From: Eledone cirrhosa
Lineage: Eukaryota
Length of the DNA: 64,000 bases
Direction: 5' to 3'
NCBI GenBank assembly: GCA_964016885.1
Contig: OZ024743.1
Span: forward strand, 202,244,001 to 202,308,000
The notes under the pieces are model-generated. The model was not told where the DNA came from. It saw only the letters and a list, made by a program, of their open reading frames with translations, and did not search any database. Positions 13,064 to 26,580 of the stretch are shown one piece after another. The translations under genes were made by a program, and so were the position numbers. Within the stretch, counting starts at the first letter, position 1. The number at the start of each line of letters is the position of its first letter.

Positions 13064-13644
13064 ATATATATATATATATATATTATTTATGTGTGTGTGT
13101 GAGTGTGTGCGTGCGTTTATATATATATGTATATACATGGGTTGGGTGGGTGCGTGTTCTTGTACGTATGCATGTGCATATGCATGTATGATCGTTGTAT
13201 TTATGTATGTATGTATTGATAGATATATAGATTGATGAACGTATGTATAACTAGATGAATGAGTGAATGATGGATGTATATTCCCTTCTGGTTTTCTCTG
13301 GCCAGTCATTAACATTATGATTGATTGTCTATTCATAACATTCACATATTCAACAGTTACGTTTCGTATTCTGAGCCATTGTATGATTTAGTACTTTCTG
13401 TTTAGAAGGCTTTGTACTTGGGAAGCGTTCAAATCCCCCTGGTGCCAGCTTTCAGCCATTACTGGGATTTTTCTTCAGTCGCTTCTGTTTTGTTTAGTCT
13501 TGTTATTAATTTGCCATGTAGGTGTGAACTTTCGTCTGTTGCTCTTGGAGATTATGTGATAAGTGAGCTGCCTTATTTATTGAGAGTGGATTTCATTTCC
13601 GCTCATGTGTGTTATGTTATGTCTTATAGGGTCGGTAGATAATT

Positions 13645-13900
13645 GTGGTGAGAGAATGAACTTGGCTGGTCTCGCTTGGGAATCCACCGGGATAAGTTGG
13701 AGACGGTTGCTTCTGACAGGACCCACTGGAAGGAGTGATTAAGCACTCTGTCTCTACGACCTCATGAATAAGTGGGCAAAGAAGAAGAAGAAGAAGAAGA
13801 AGAAGAAGAAGAAGAAGAAGAAGAAGAAGAAGAAGAAGAAGAAGAAGAAGAAGAAGAAGAAGAAGAAGAAGAAGAAGAAGAAGAAGAAGAAGAAGAAGAA
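13645..13900 (+). mobile_element. RTE-like LINE 3' end with (GAA)n tail
   Basis: ctgacaggacccactggaagg motif shared with 48675-49030 and 50925-51410; long GAA run at 13781-13900. Confidence 0.6.
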
Positions 13901-15089
13901 GGGAGATCGGTGCTCCCATTAGGCCAACTAAGCAGTCACCTAGGGAGCTTATCTCAAGGAGTCTAGTTGTTGAACCTTAGAGGATCACTGTTTTAAATAT
14001 ATGATAATTAAATATATAATAAATCCATGTAATCCATACATGAATCGTCAAACATCTTTATAGCTTTGTGGAAATTTCAGAAGCAGTAGAGATAATCGTA
14101 TGGTGTTATGAACTGTTTCATAATTTGGAGTGAGGGAGTTTGGACAGTGTTGTAGAAAATGTATAGAGTAATTCGACACCAATTTGAGAAAAAGTGTTGT
14201 AAATACCCAGATACCTGCCCTGTGTGTAGATTGTATCACATTTCGTTTGTGGTATATTATTGGAGGCGATTGTATGTAATAGGAGTAATGATAGATATTA
14301 TTTTGTTGGCTGCATTTTAGTGCCGTTGGTTTAAAGACGTGAGTTGTATTGTAATTGCTTAGAATGTGTATTCTATTATTTGTGGAGAAACTTATCGGAC
14401 AGCTTTTGCATTTCCATTGAATTTTAACAGCTATGGCATTTGTGCTTGTTATTTTATATTCATGTGAAGAATGCATGCCTCTAAGACATAATGACACGCG
14501 CAAAAAGAGGCATCAAATGAAATCGTAATTAAAAATTCATTTAAATTAGCTTTCTTGCAAACTATTAACACTTTTCATAGCAAATCACCTACAACTGTCA
14601 ATAATACCTTAATTATTATATGGACTAATGAATAATATGAACAGCGGTACCATGCGAATAGAAACATAAAAATGGTATTCGGGTAAATAGATGACAAAAG
14701 AAGATAAAATGTTTTTACCCAGTATATTTCATGAAATTTAAATGTAAAGAACTTTTCAAATGATGAGCAATGAACGCGGAAATCCGAGATGTTCAATTCT
14801 CATGTACATTTCCTGTGTTCTGTGTGTGGCCGACGTTTGGACGGAGTGTATATATAGACCAGCCACAACATCTACTCTACTTTTTGTAGTTCTATTATTG
14901 ATTAATGACTTCTTCCGTTTTATTATAGAGACGTTTTATTGTCATATATTATTCATGTTATTTATTTTCATTTCTACATCCTAAAAGTTTGACAGTTTCT
15001 CGATGTTTCCAGACTTGTGAATTTTCAAATGGAAACAACAGTAACTTAAGATTACACAACAAACAACTATATATATATATATATATATA

Positions 15090-15719
15090 CTAGCAGATGT
15101 ACCCGGCGTTGCTCGAGAAATGAATGACAGCCTGTTTGTCCCAATAAAGAGAGCCAAAGGTTGAGCAAAGAATTGAAATGTAATTGTAAAAAAAAGTTTA
15201 ACAAATTGGGTGTACAGTGACATGATTGAGTGAAATAAACGGCAACATAAAAACAATAGGGCAGCTTGAGTTAATTGACGTGAATGATTTCAGGTCCGGC
15301 CTTGCTGTAGTAGGTATGAGTAAGGGGCAAACGATGGAATAGACGCACCGTATGTCCTTCAGTAGACTAAACCCTACGCGTAAGAGAGCGCTGCCACTGC
15401 CACGTTGACCATCCACTGGACATAGAAATATCATTCCTTGAAGCAAATCGGCCTAGTACTTCAAAAGTTAAAAGGAGCCTAGTATTTGTACACAGAGAGA
15501 TACACAAAGAAAATCGATTTTTTTTTGCCCCAATATCGATGTTCTTTTCAGATTTGTTTTGGACCAAAATCTGCTCTGGCATATAAGCAACATGTGTGCC
15601 AAATTTGGTTGAAATCGGCCTAGTACTTCAAAAGTTAAAAGGAGCCTAGTATTTGTACACAGACAGACAGACAGACAATCAGACACACACACAGACCGAC
15701 TTACTTTTATATATATAGA
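15090..15719 (-). mobile_element. Non-autonomous Helitron
   Basis: Minus strand has 5' a|TCTATATATATAAAA plus GTCT microsatellite and 3' ctcgagcaacgccggg hairpin + CTAG|t; internal ~50-bp duplication (15445/15612). Confidence 0.75.
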
Positions 15720-15720
15720 T

Positions 15721-15905
15721 AACAAAGGAATTGTGGTAAGGAACCAGATGGACCATAACGCACCAGAGTACTCAATACTTATGGTAGTAGAGTGGGAAAT
15801 AGGAAAAAGGATGACCCCGACGGCAGAGCTCAAGCCGTCTCCACGGCTATTTCCAGAAATAGCCGTCGAAACGGCTTGAGCTCTGCCGTCGGGGTCATAC
15901 TTTTT

Positions 15906-15910
<5 letters not shown>
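15721..15910 (-). mobile_element. Short fold-back family G, copy 2
   Basis: Arms ~15799-15852 and 15857-15910; contains the HHR 3' half GAAA-cggc ttgagctct gccg-TC-ggggtca. Confidence 0.8.
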
Positions 15911-15948
<38 letters not shown>

Positions 15949-16160
15949 CGTTTCTGAATTTGTTTAGCAAGATTCTTTATCTGAAATCGTGTGTTGAAAC
16001 CGAAATTGTTATACTTTGGGAGGGTCATGTTGCCAATAAGAAACACACGCACCAGTTGCTTTCACTTCAATTTATTATATATTTATAAATTTATAAGTTT
16101 AAAAATTTATAAATTTCTGGTTGGTTGGTTGGTTCCACAACCAGGTAGTTGTTTATATAT

Positions 16161-16205
16161 AGTCATAGTTCTTTCGTCACACACTCTGTGACCTCTTCAG
16201 TGAGT
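16161..16205 (-). ncRNA. Minimal hammerhead ribozyme in the PLE 3' repeat (mirror at 18230-18274, +)
   Basis: actca-CTGAAGA-ggtcacagagtgtgtgac-GAAA-gaac-TA-tgact. Confidence 0.65.
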
Positions 16206-16404
16206 GGGGATTCCTTTCTTAGTTTCTGTGCCTCTCCTTTGTTCTGTCCTATGCCATTTGTTTCTGTGTGTGTGTTGTGTGCTCAGTCTCCGCATGCGCC
16301 ACATCCGGGTGTCTGTGTGTGTTTATGTTCATTTATTTATTTGTTTATTTACATGTTACTGGTTGGTTGTTTGTTCTATATGTGTGTGTGTTTTCAATTT
16401 GTCC

Positions 16405-17074
16405 TTAATTGTAAGTTGTGATGTTGCTGTTCCACTCATATTTTCTATTTAATTTTGGTTGTAATTCTTTTATGTTTATTGCCTCTGTAATTTGTCTAAA
16501 CATTGCGTCTTTTCTGTGTGTAGATTCTATTTTTATTTCTATGTTCTCTAATTTACCCTTGTGTTCTATTTTTGCATGTTGGTAGAGTACAGATGATTCT
16601 TTATTATCTTGAAGGTCTCGCCAGTGTTCATTTATCCGTTCCCCTACACTACGAGCTGTCTCACCTATGTACACTATATTTTTGTCTCTACATTGTCCTT
16701 CAGTACATCTTATGCTATACACTACATTTCTAGTTTTACAGTTAATATGGGGGCTTATTTTACAGGTTATACATTTCTTATCTATACATGAGGGTCTTTG
16801 AAAAGGGTATGTCTTGCTAATAAGTGTTTTTACGGAGGTACCTAGTCTTTCTACTATCTTCATATTGTGTTTATGTTTATTTAGGGCCCTTCTAAATTTG
16901 TAAGCTAATTCACCTCTAGGGGTTGTATCGATGAACATTACACTCTGGTATTTATTGCTAGCATACCATGAGTTTATTCTATTAGCCTTTTTTCTAGTTC
17001 TTTCTATTCTATTCCAAAATTTCAAAATTTGCTCCTATACAAGGGGCAGGTCCCATTTATGTCATTATTTACCA
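16405..17074 (-). pseudogene. Inverted copy of the PLE GIY-YIG region
   Basis: 206-aa ORF nearly identical to 17409-18029. Confidence 0.85.
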
Positions 17075-18029
17075 CAAAAAACATTATTCACAACAAAAAA
17101 CAAATCCTCCATTCCCATTATGCCAAACCCATGACTTCCAAACATCTGATCCACCGAAACTCGGCCATTTCGGACCATACCAAAATCAACATACTGATTG
17201 CGGATTTGGTACGGGTGATGAGAAATGTGTCCCGCATGTGCAACCCCGAAGAACTAGAGAGACACATACAACACTTCATCCACTGTATGCAGTTCTCTGG
17301 CTACAATCAGAGAGATAAAATCAGAGTGTATAGAGGAGCCAGAACCAAATGGGAAAAAATGGTAAATAATGACATAAATGGGACCTGCCCCTTGTATAGG
17401 AGCAAATTTTGAAATTTTGGAATAGAATAGAAAGAACTAGGAAGAAGGCTAATAGAATAAACTCATGGTATGCTAGCAATAAATACCAGAGTGTAATGTT
17501 CATCGATACAACCCCTAGAGGTGAATTAGCTTACAAATTTAGAAGGGCCCTAAATAAACATAAACTCAATATTAAGATAGTAGAAAGACCAGGTACCTCC
17601 GTAAAACCACTTATTAGCAAGACATACCCTTTTCAAAGACCCTCATGTATAGATAAGAAATGTATAACCTGTAAAATAAGCCCCCATATTAACTGTAAAA
17701 CTAGAAATGTAGTGTATAGCATAAGATGTACTGAAGGACAATGTAGAGACAAAAATATAGTGTACATAGGTGAGACAGCTCGTAGTGTAGGGGAACGGAT
17801 AAATGAACACTGGCGAGACCTTCAAGATAATAAAGAATCATCTGTACTCTACCAACATGCTAAGATAGAACACAAGGGTAAATTAGAGAACATAGAAATA
17901 AAAATAGAATCTACACACAGAAAAGACGCAATGTTTAGACAAATTACAGAGGCAATAAATATAAAAGAATTACAACCAAAATTAAATAGAAAATATGAGT
18001 GGAACAGCAACATCACAACTTACAATTAA
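17075..18029 (+). pseudogene. PLE ORF C-terminus (RT thumb region + GIY-YIG endonuclease), frameshifted
   Basis: HYAKPMTS..RVMRNVS..MQFSGY; CIDKKCITC..NCKTRNVVYSIRC..YIGETARSVGERINEH..RQITEAINI..LN; 8-bp aaattttg duplication at ~17404-17419. Confidence 0.85.
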
Positions 18030-18424
18030 GGACAAAATTAAAACACACACACACATAGAACAAACAACCAACCAGTAACATGTAAATAAACAAATACATA
18101 AATGAACATAAACACACACAGACACCCGGATGTGGCGCATGCGCAGACTGAGCACACAACACACACACAGAAACAAAATGGCGTAGGACAGAACAAAGGA
18201 GAGGCACAGAAACAAAGAAAGGAATCCCCAGTCTCTGAAGATGTCACAGAGTGTGTGACGAAAGAACTATGACTATATATAAACAACTACCTGGTTGTGG
18301 AACCAACCAACCAACCAGAAATTTATAAATTTATAAACTTATAAATTTATAAATATATAATAAATTGAAGTGAAAGCAACTGGTGCGTGTGTTTCTTATT
18401 GGCAACATGACCCTCCCAAAGTAT

Positions 18425-18472
<48 letters not shown>

Positions 18473-19428
18473 ATGTGTGTGTGGGTGTGTGTATATTTGT
18501 TTGTGTGTTTGTGTGTGTATGTATTTATGAATTTTATATCGAATAATAATAATTGTTTCTACATTTGGCACAAGGCCAGCAATTATCCCAGTATATTACT
18601 GGTACTTTATTTCATCGACCTTGTAAGGATGAAAGGGAAAGTTAACCTCGGCGAGATTCTAACTCAGACCGTAACTCCGTGCCGCAAAGCATGGCGAAGC
18701 CGCCTTTATATACCGAATAATAATAGTCGATTCGGAAGCAGCTTCATTACGCTATGTATTTTAGATGACCACCGCTATCCGTTCTAGCAGTGGTATAGAG
18801 ACTGTGTATTTCTGACAGAGAAAACTGTCTTGACAAAGGGCAATAGGAAAACTCTAAACGTAAACACATATACAAAAATGCATATATACATGCATACACA
18901 CACACACACACACACACGCAAATATACATATACATATATATATATATAGTGAGAGTCTGACACAAACAGAGGACACTTGGCGCTCTGCTCGTATTTATAC
19001 CTCTCTCTCGCTCTCTATCTCTCTTTCTTTATTTCTCTTTCTCTCTATATATATGTCTATGTGTGTGTGTTTGTGACTGCGAATGTGTGTGTGTTGGTAC
19101 GGACGTATGTTTATGTGTATAGGGTATATATAATGTACTTAATCTACATAATGTAACTGAAAAAGTGTTGGTCAACCAAAGACTATAGCAGAAGACACTG
19201 GTATTGCTGTGCGGTAAAACTGAGCCAGAAATATCGTACTTCTGAAGAGAAGTCTTTAACAATTAAGACATGTTTGCACCAATACATGCATATATGATAT
19301 AGAAATGCAGAGACAAAGACATAGAGAATGCGTAGAAGAGAGTTTTGATGACTGGGGAAAAGTTTGTGAGAGAGAGAAATGGAATGTGAGGGAGTGTGCG
19401 TGCGTGTGAGTGTGTTTTAGAGAGTGAG

Positions 19429-19495
<67 letters not shown>

Positions 19496-20087
19496 CAGAG
19501 GGAGAGATAAAGAGAACCGGATTAAAGCCACATATTGCCCTCAGCACAGATCAACATTAGCGCTTCCTCGATCCTTTCATTGTCTTAATGATAAGACATT
19601 TTGATATGATGCTGAATGTGAATTGATTAAGCTTTTTGTTTTCTCCCAGGCTAACCCCAGGACAGACATCACAATTATATTATCTATAAATTGCTTTTGT
19701 TTGCTCTCTAGGTTTGTGTGTTTAATAGATAGCAAGAACCAATAAAACAAATTAAGAGAGGTATGAAGGGGATAAATGCAAAATTAGATTTTCTACACAT
19801 TTTATTCATAAAAAGAAACAAAGAAAAAAAAAACTGTTACAAATTAAAATGTGCAGAATAATAAATCTAACAGTTGAAAATAGAGAAGAAAAACCTTTCT
19901 TATGACCCCGTTTTCTTGAGGCTTCTTGTTTATTCTTAAGTCGGGTTGGAGAGCTTGTTAGTAAGAGAAAGATAGCGTAAAAATTCTCATACATACTCTC
20001 ATACATACACACACACATACATACATAGATATATACATGCATTCATGCATAAATATTTCTCTCTATCGCTCCCCCCTCTCTCTCTGT

Positions 20088-20124
<37 letters not shown>

Positions 20125-20159
20125 GATCGATCGACTTTCGTCAAATTGGACCGAGGAAA

Positions 20160-20335
20160 CAATGTTTCCGTTGGTCTTTCCAGTTGCTAGTACTATCTAT
20201 CGGTCGCAACTCCAGGTAGAAGGAGCAACGTGAAATAAAGTGTCTTCCTCAAGGACATAACGCATCGCCCGGTCCAGGAATCGAACTCACAACCTCAAGA
20301 TTGTGAATCCAATTCTCTAACCACTCAGCCACACA
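20160..20335 (-). mobile_element. Second tRNA-derived SINE family (related decayed copies near 27775, 29600, 32060, 45140, 49440)
   Basis: Minus strand tggctgagtggttagag..gttcgattcctgga (A and B boxes) followed by ccttgaggaagacacttta. Confidence 0.55.
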
Positions 20336-20370
20336 CGCCTTCACACACACATATATATATATATATATAT

Positions 20371-20827
20371 AAATTAATGTAAGCGAAAAACATACAGTAA
20401 TTAGACATATAAGTGACTATAACATCAAAATGAAACATATATATGAAGCATATATATATATATATAGTGGTAGAACACTGGAAAGTAATATCCGTAATGG
20501 TAGAGCACCCAGTCCATGGGACGAGTTAGGTAGAAGTGGTTACACAACAGTTAGTTCACCATACCGAGAACAATTGTTTCACCTTAGCGGATGCTCGAGC
20601 TGAGGATCCGCTAAGGTGAAACAATTGTTCTCGGTATGGTGAACTAACTGTTGTGTAACCACTTCTACCTAACTCGTCCCATGGACTGAGTGCTCTACCA
20701 TTACGGATATTACTTTCCAGTGTTCTACCACTATATATATATATATATGTTTCATATATATGTTTCATTTTGATGTTATAGTCACTTATATGTCTAATTA
20801 CTGTATGCTTTTTGCTTACATTAATTT
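20371..20827. mobile_element. Fold-back HHR element with an internal (TA)n in both arms
   Basis: Inverted arms centred on ctcgag (20594-20599). Confidence 0.8.
20596..20633 (+). ncRNA. Minimal hammerhead ribozyme
   Basis: cgag-CTGAGGA-tccgctaaggt-GAAA-caattg-TT-ctcg. Confidence 0.65.
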
Positions 20828-20838
20828 CTCTATTTGCA

Positions 20839-20943
20839 AATCCCGCCGAGGTTGACTTTGCCTTTCATCTTTACGGAGTCGATAAAATAAAGTACCAGTA
20901 ATGCACTGGGTAATTGCTGGCCTTGTGCCAAAAGTAGAAACAA
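20839..20943 (+). mobile_element. 5'-truncated SINE with target-site duplication
   Basis: Main SINE 3' half flanked by a ~16-bp direct repeat attaatttctctattt. Confidence 0.7.
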
Positions 20944-20960
20944 TTAATTTCTCTATTTTC

Positions 20961-21011
<51 letters not shown>

Positions 21012-21035
21012 CATACACACATACACACGCACACA

Positions 21036-21104
<69 letters not shown>

Positions 21105-21699
21105 ATACAGAGAGAGAGAGAGAGAGGGAGAGATAGGGGGAGGGAGAGAGAGAGAGAGGAAGAGAGAGAGAGAGGGGGACAGAGAGAGAGAAAGAGAGAG
21201 AGAGAGACGGACATATGGACAGTCAGAAAGAAAGTATAACGGTTTCATCACTGAAATATTTTTGTTCGTTTATTAATCTCTCAGCTCGTTTCATTTGTCA
21301 CAGTAAGGTGGTAACACTAGTGTGGGTGGTCCAGACAACTAGACAGCCAGACAGACTGACTGAAGACAGCCTGCGATCATCGATCGAACAAACGCACAAA
21401 GCGTAAAACGTACGGCTTCGGTGTAGAATGATTGCATAGCAGTTTCAAAATTGCCACAGCTGTTCTCTCTCGTTCAATTCTTCCAGCTTAGGAGACGATA
21501 GCATATCAGCTGATACTGAACTTGCACAACAAAAGTGAAAGTAGTTGCTGTCACGAAAGACAGCGGGAAAATGATAAATATTGAATTTATAGGTGATGCT
21601 CTAACATCGACATTTACTACCTTCATTTGTTTATTGCCATGCTACAATTACCATCATTGTCGCCGTCAGAAGTATTTGCTGTTATTATTTTGTACTTGC

Positions 21700-22330
21700 C
21701 ATTCTGAGTTCAAATCCCGCCGAGGTTAACTTTGACTTTCATCCTTACGGGGTCGATAAAATAAAGTACCAGTAATCCACTGGTTAATTGCTGGTCTTGT
21801 GCCAATAGAAGAAACAATTATGTTGTACTTCTTTATATAAGAAATCATTAAAAAAATATAAGAAATCATTATTTTGTACTTCTTTAGGGCGGTGGATTGG
21901 CAGTATCGGTAGGGAGTCGGACAACATGCTTTGTAGCATAGAGTTACGGCCCTTTATGATCTGGGTTCAAATCCCGCCGAGGTTAACTTTACCTTAAATT
22001 ATGTACCAGTAATGTACTGGATAATTCCTAGCCTTGTGCCAATAGTAGAAACAATTATTTTGTACTTCTTTAAGACGGTGGATTGGCAGAATCGGTGGTG
22101 GACCGGACGCCATGCTTTGACGCAAAGAGTTACGGCCCTTTCAATTCTGAGTTCAAATCCCGCGAAAGTTAACTTTGCCTTTCAGCCTTACGGGGTCAAT
22201 AAAATAAAGTACCAATGATGCACTGGGTCAATTGTTGGCCTTGTGCCCAAAGTAGAAACAATTATTTTGTACTTCTTTAAGGCGGTGGATTGGCAGAATC
22301 GGTGGAGGGCCGGACACCATGCTTTGCAGC
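21700..22330 (+). mobile_element. Tandem array of ~4 main-family SINE copies
   Basis: Repeated ggcggtggattggcag...gttcaaatcccg...gtagaaacaattattttgtacttcttt units. Confidence 0.8.
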
Positions 22331-22399
22331 ATAGAGTTACGTCCCTTTACATCACCCTTTTTATTTATTTTTATTTTTACTTCAAAAACCTTGTTTGTA

Positions 22400-22590
22400 A
22401 ATAATTGTTTCTACTTTAGGCACAAGGCCAGAAATCATTCAGTGCATTACTGGTACTTTATTTTATCGGCTCCGTAAGGATGACAGGCAAAGTCAACCTC
22501 GGCGGGATTTGAACTCAGAACGTAAAGGGACGTAACTATGCTGGAAAGCATGGCGTCCGACCCTCTACCGAAACTGTCAATCCACCGCCC
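22400..22590 (-). mobile_element. Full-length main-family SINE, inverted relative to the upstream array
   Basis: Reverse-complement SINE flanked by ccttgtttgtaaataat direct repeats. Confidence 0.8.
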
Positions 22591-23039
22591 TTGTTTGTAA
22601 ATAATATTATTCTTTCTTCCCCATTTCCTTAACATGTTCAACATCACATCATTTTCTCTCCAATATTTTACACCAATACAAATTCCCCCCTTTGATAATG
22701 CATAAAATACTCAAACAGTTAATAGAACATTATTAAATATATAAATCAATAAAATAAAATAAATCGATAAAATAAAGTACCAGTAATGCACTGGGTAATT
22801 GCTGGCCTTGTGCCTAAAGTAGAAACAATTAAATATATAAATCAATAAATAAATGCCATTGTTAATTAATAAATAAATTACCTAATACTTTAACACTTCA
22901 CACAAAGAAAAATACTTTGTTTTAAACATTTTCTAACCCAGAAAAAAAAGAAAAAGAAATAAGGTGGAAAAAAAAAAATTTTTTCTTCCTAATAATCGTT
23001 TTTTTCTTCCTATTTTCATATATATATATATATATATAT

Positions 23040-23995
23040 TCCAACTCGTGTGCTCCTTCTCCATATTTTATAATTATATATATTATTAAAATAAGCTTGC
23101 CATTATATACTCTTTAGGAGGAAAGATGTGTGTGTGTGGATAGAGAGAAAAGGTGGGTGGAGAATCGACACCAATGTCGGATTGGTACTTTCTTTATGGG
23201 CCTGATACGCGATGGCGCCCACCCACTGCCCCGGCGGACAGATTTGAGAAGGTGTTTCCCCGGAGGACAGCAAGGGAGACGCGCTGGAAAAGCCACTCCA
23301 ACTCGCGGGGGCTCACACTTGCGGCTGGCCAGCTCAGCGCCTATGGTGGTGAGCAAGGAGGTAGCCCTGGGGCCGAGGACACCAGAAGTCTCCACTGCTA
23401 GAGCTACGACCGCAAACCTGTCGGAGATCGACCGCTATTTGAGGAGTTTGGCCTACCCAGCCCGACGTGCAGCAGAATTTGGGTCAGTCGCGGCTGCAGA
23501 AAGTGTTGGTGCAAGCGGCATCCCAGACGAGGGGTTTGCCACCGCGGAACGGGAAGATGGTCATGCCATCTGGCCTTTTGCCGTCCCGTCGATCCAGCCC
23601 CACCGGCTCGAACTGGGAAGGGAAGCTTGCTGCGTCCAAGCCATGCTTAATGACCTGGTTGAGGGCAGCATGACGTGGAATGCGGCCAGCACTGTGGCGA
23701 CAGGAAAGCGGGTTGAGGCTGAAAGATTCTACGGTGGAACCGCAGCGACATTGGTATGGCTGGCAGATCCGGATGTGGAGCCTCGGGGAAACGCCGATGC
23801 GCAGGCTATGGTTGTTTAGCTGCGTGCTAGTGGAGGAGGGAAGGGTATGGAGCCAGGTACCACTGTAGGGTTTGGAGGCCGCGCGAAAACAAGCAAGGCG
23901 GTGCTGGTCGAGCTGGCGCGTGAGCCTGTCTGAGGCCAGGCTGCACTGGATGGCATCCCAAGTGCGTTGGAGGAACTTGTCGTCAACAGTGACAA
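23040..23995 (-). mobile_element. CRE-like (RLE-bearing) non-LTR retrotransposon 3' fragment
   Basis: SGTWLHTLP..CRCG..LSCRHSAGRIPRHAALN..EPVGLDRRDGKRPDGMT..LVWDAAC and ETSGVLGPRA; frameshifted, GC-rich, ends near (TA)n. Confidence 0.75.
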
Positions 23996-24277
23996 ACGCT
24001 AATAACACAAATCAATGGATGAGCATTGTGTCTCTGAAGTATATCTCAGGTGAATATTATCTCATAGTTTCAGTGGGCATAATTAAAAATACGTTAATCT
24101 AGAAAATAACAAGGGAGCTGCATGTAATGAGCAAAGATAATGAAATAAATTAAATACTTTTAATTCCCATACTGTGGTTGTTGTTTCAGTTATTGGTGTG
24201 GGGTTGTATAGCTTTCTTAATCATTTTTCCAGCTTTGCCTTAGTAACTACTACTACTGCCACTGCTGCTGCTGCTGT

Positions 24278-24345
<68 letters not shown>

Positions 24346-24639
24346 GACAAATCAATCGTTTCCTTGTTTTTCGTAAGCATGACGTCGGATGTCGGGACAT
24401 AATGACATAAAATAATACATTAGAAACCTATAAATAATTGTTTCTGATTTAGAATCATCACTGATAAATAATGTATCTCTATTGTTGGCTATAAGCCCTG
24501 TAGTTGCTTTCAAAACCTGTTTAAGACTTGCAAGGTTTCTTGCATAAAATGTATTGGAATCTACTCTTCAGTCTCAACATGACCATGATTATGTAGGATT
24601 GAATGCCTTTTAATGCCTACTTATTTGCAAATTATATTA

Positions 24640-25560
24640 ACTTGATGTCCGACGCTCTACTGATACTGGATACTGCCAATCCACCGGTATGACCATAATC
24701 ATAATAATTGTTTCTAATTCTGCCACACGGCCTGCAATATGAAGAAACACGTGAAAGTCGATTAAATTGACTGCAGTAAGTTATTGGTACTTTATTGTAT
24801 TAACCCCGTATGGATGAAAGACAAAGCTAACTTCAGCAGGATTTGAACGCATAACGAATAGGGACATAGCTATATGCCTCACGCTCTACCGACAGTGCCA
24901 TCAATAATAATAATAGTTTCAGATTTAGATACAAGGCCAACAATGTTGTGGGAGAGGAGAGTTGATTAAATTGATCTTTTTGCATTACTGGTACTCTATT
25001 TTATCGATCACGTTAGGATAAATGGCAAAGCTAATCTCGGCGGGTTTTGAATTTTGAACGTAAAAGGCCGGAACTGCATGACACAAAGCGTGTTTTCCGA
25101 CGCTCTACCGATGCTTCCAATTCAACGCCTTAATGGCTCCTGATTTAGACACAAGGCCAACAATTCTTTTTCGTTTTAGTGCGGTACTGGTACTTTATTA
25201 TATCGAGCCCATATGGATGAAAGGCAAATATAACCTCGACAGGATTTGAACTCGTAACGTTAAGGGTCGTAGCTATATACCAAAAAATGTGTTGTCTCAC
25301 GCTCTACTGATACTACCCATACACCGACATGACCATAATAATGATTTCGATAAAAGACACAAGACGAGTAAATTTTGGAGGGAGGGGAAGTCGATTAAAT
25401 CGACCCCAGTAAGTTACTGGTGTTTTATTCTATCGACCCCATGAGGATGAATTCAGAGCTAATCTTGGCGGGATTTGAACTCAGAATGTAAAGGGCCGTA
25501 ATTATATGCCACGAAGCATATTGTCTGACTCTACAGTTACTGCCAATTCACCGCCCTTAT
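24640..25560 (-). mobile_element. Tandem cluster of ~5 diverged SINE copies
   Basis: Repeated ggatgaaaggcaaa..ggatttgaactc..ctctac units. Confidence 0.7.
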
Positions 25561-25950
25561 ATTAACAATAATAATAAGAATAATTCTGAGCAAAAAAGAT
25601 ATGTGTAGCGATGTGATAAGAGGAATGGAGTGGTCAGAAGATGGTTAGATAAATCCTTCAGTTCTATAGACGACAAAAATAGACTTTAAAAAAGTGTTAC
25701 GTAAGAAATAAGGATGAACAGAGAGGTTTAGAAGAGAGCGGGCTGGTGAAGTGGAGATCGCGAAAGAATACAAAAGAAGGAAAAAGTGAGATACAGTTTG
25801 TACGAGAGAGAGAGAGAGACGGGGAGAAGGAGAGATGGCAGAAGCGAAGAAAGAAATGTCCTTACTTAGTGAGGAAAGGGAAAGGTTCGGTAACGTAATG
25901 GAATGAGGAAGTGATAAAAAATGGTATGGATTCATAACAACTTTCTCTCA

Positions 25951-26015
<65 letters not shown>

Positions 26016-26507
26016 TAGGGAGAGAGAGAAAGGTGTTATAAAACCATACTTTCTTTTATCACTTCCACTTTTCATTACGTTACTGACACTCTCTCTATAT
26101 ATATATATGTACACACATACATACACATATACATATATATTCATATATACATATATACGAGTATATATATATATATCCATACACATACTTACATACATAC
26201 TCTCTCACACACACTCATACAGACATGTTTATGAAGCTATTGGGTATGTTCAAAAGTAGAAATTTGAAATCTATTTGGTTTACCTTGAAGCGGCTGTATC
26301 AAGTACACAACAGTAGTTGTATAAATCGAGTACATTTGAAAGGGAACACTTAGAAACGTATCCCTAACACACGGGTAAAATGCCCCCGAGTAAATGAAAG
26401 CGAGTAACTGCCGTTTGAGGGAGAGCTGCGATAAACATTGGTTAGATGTAAGTGAATTAAAGATTTAAACGAAGAATGACCGGCAGACCAATATGTAGTC
26501 TGGCAGA

Positions 26508-26580
<73 letters not shown>

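Larger units (their letters stand above)
15947..18430. mobile_element. 5'-truncated Penelope-like element (Neptune-like Cys-rich linker) in inverted fold-back form
   Basis: Arms 16005-17074 and 17360-18430; plus-strand coding spacer 17075-17359; extra 3' tail 15947-16004; (TA)n flanks. Confidence 0.9.

Noticed and set aside
13617-13966. Poly-Leu / poly-Glu ORFs
   Set aside because: They come from the (GAA)n tail of an RTE-like fragment.
17404-17419. TGA between two PLE ORFs as possible selenocysteine or readthrough
   Set aside because: The downstream ORF is in another frame, and an 8-bp duplication explains the break.
21700-22330. Repeat-spacer-like array (CRISPR or tRNA cluster)
   Set aside because: Units are ~185-bp tRNA-derived SINEs in a eukaryotic context, with no cloverleaf and no cas genes.
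23130-23819. 229-aa GC-rich plus-strand ORF
   Set aside because: Antisense shadow of the CRE-like element on the minus strand.
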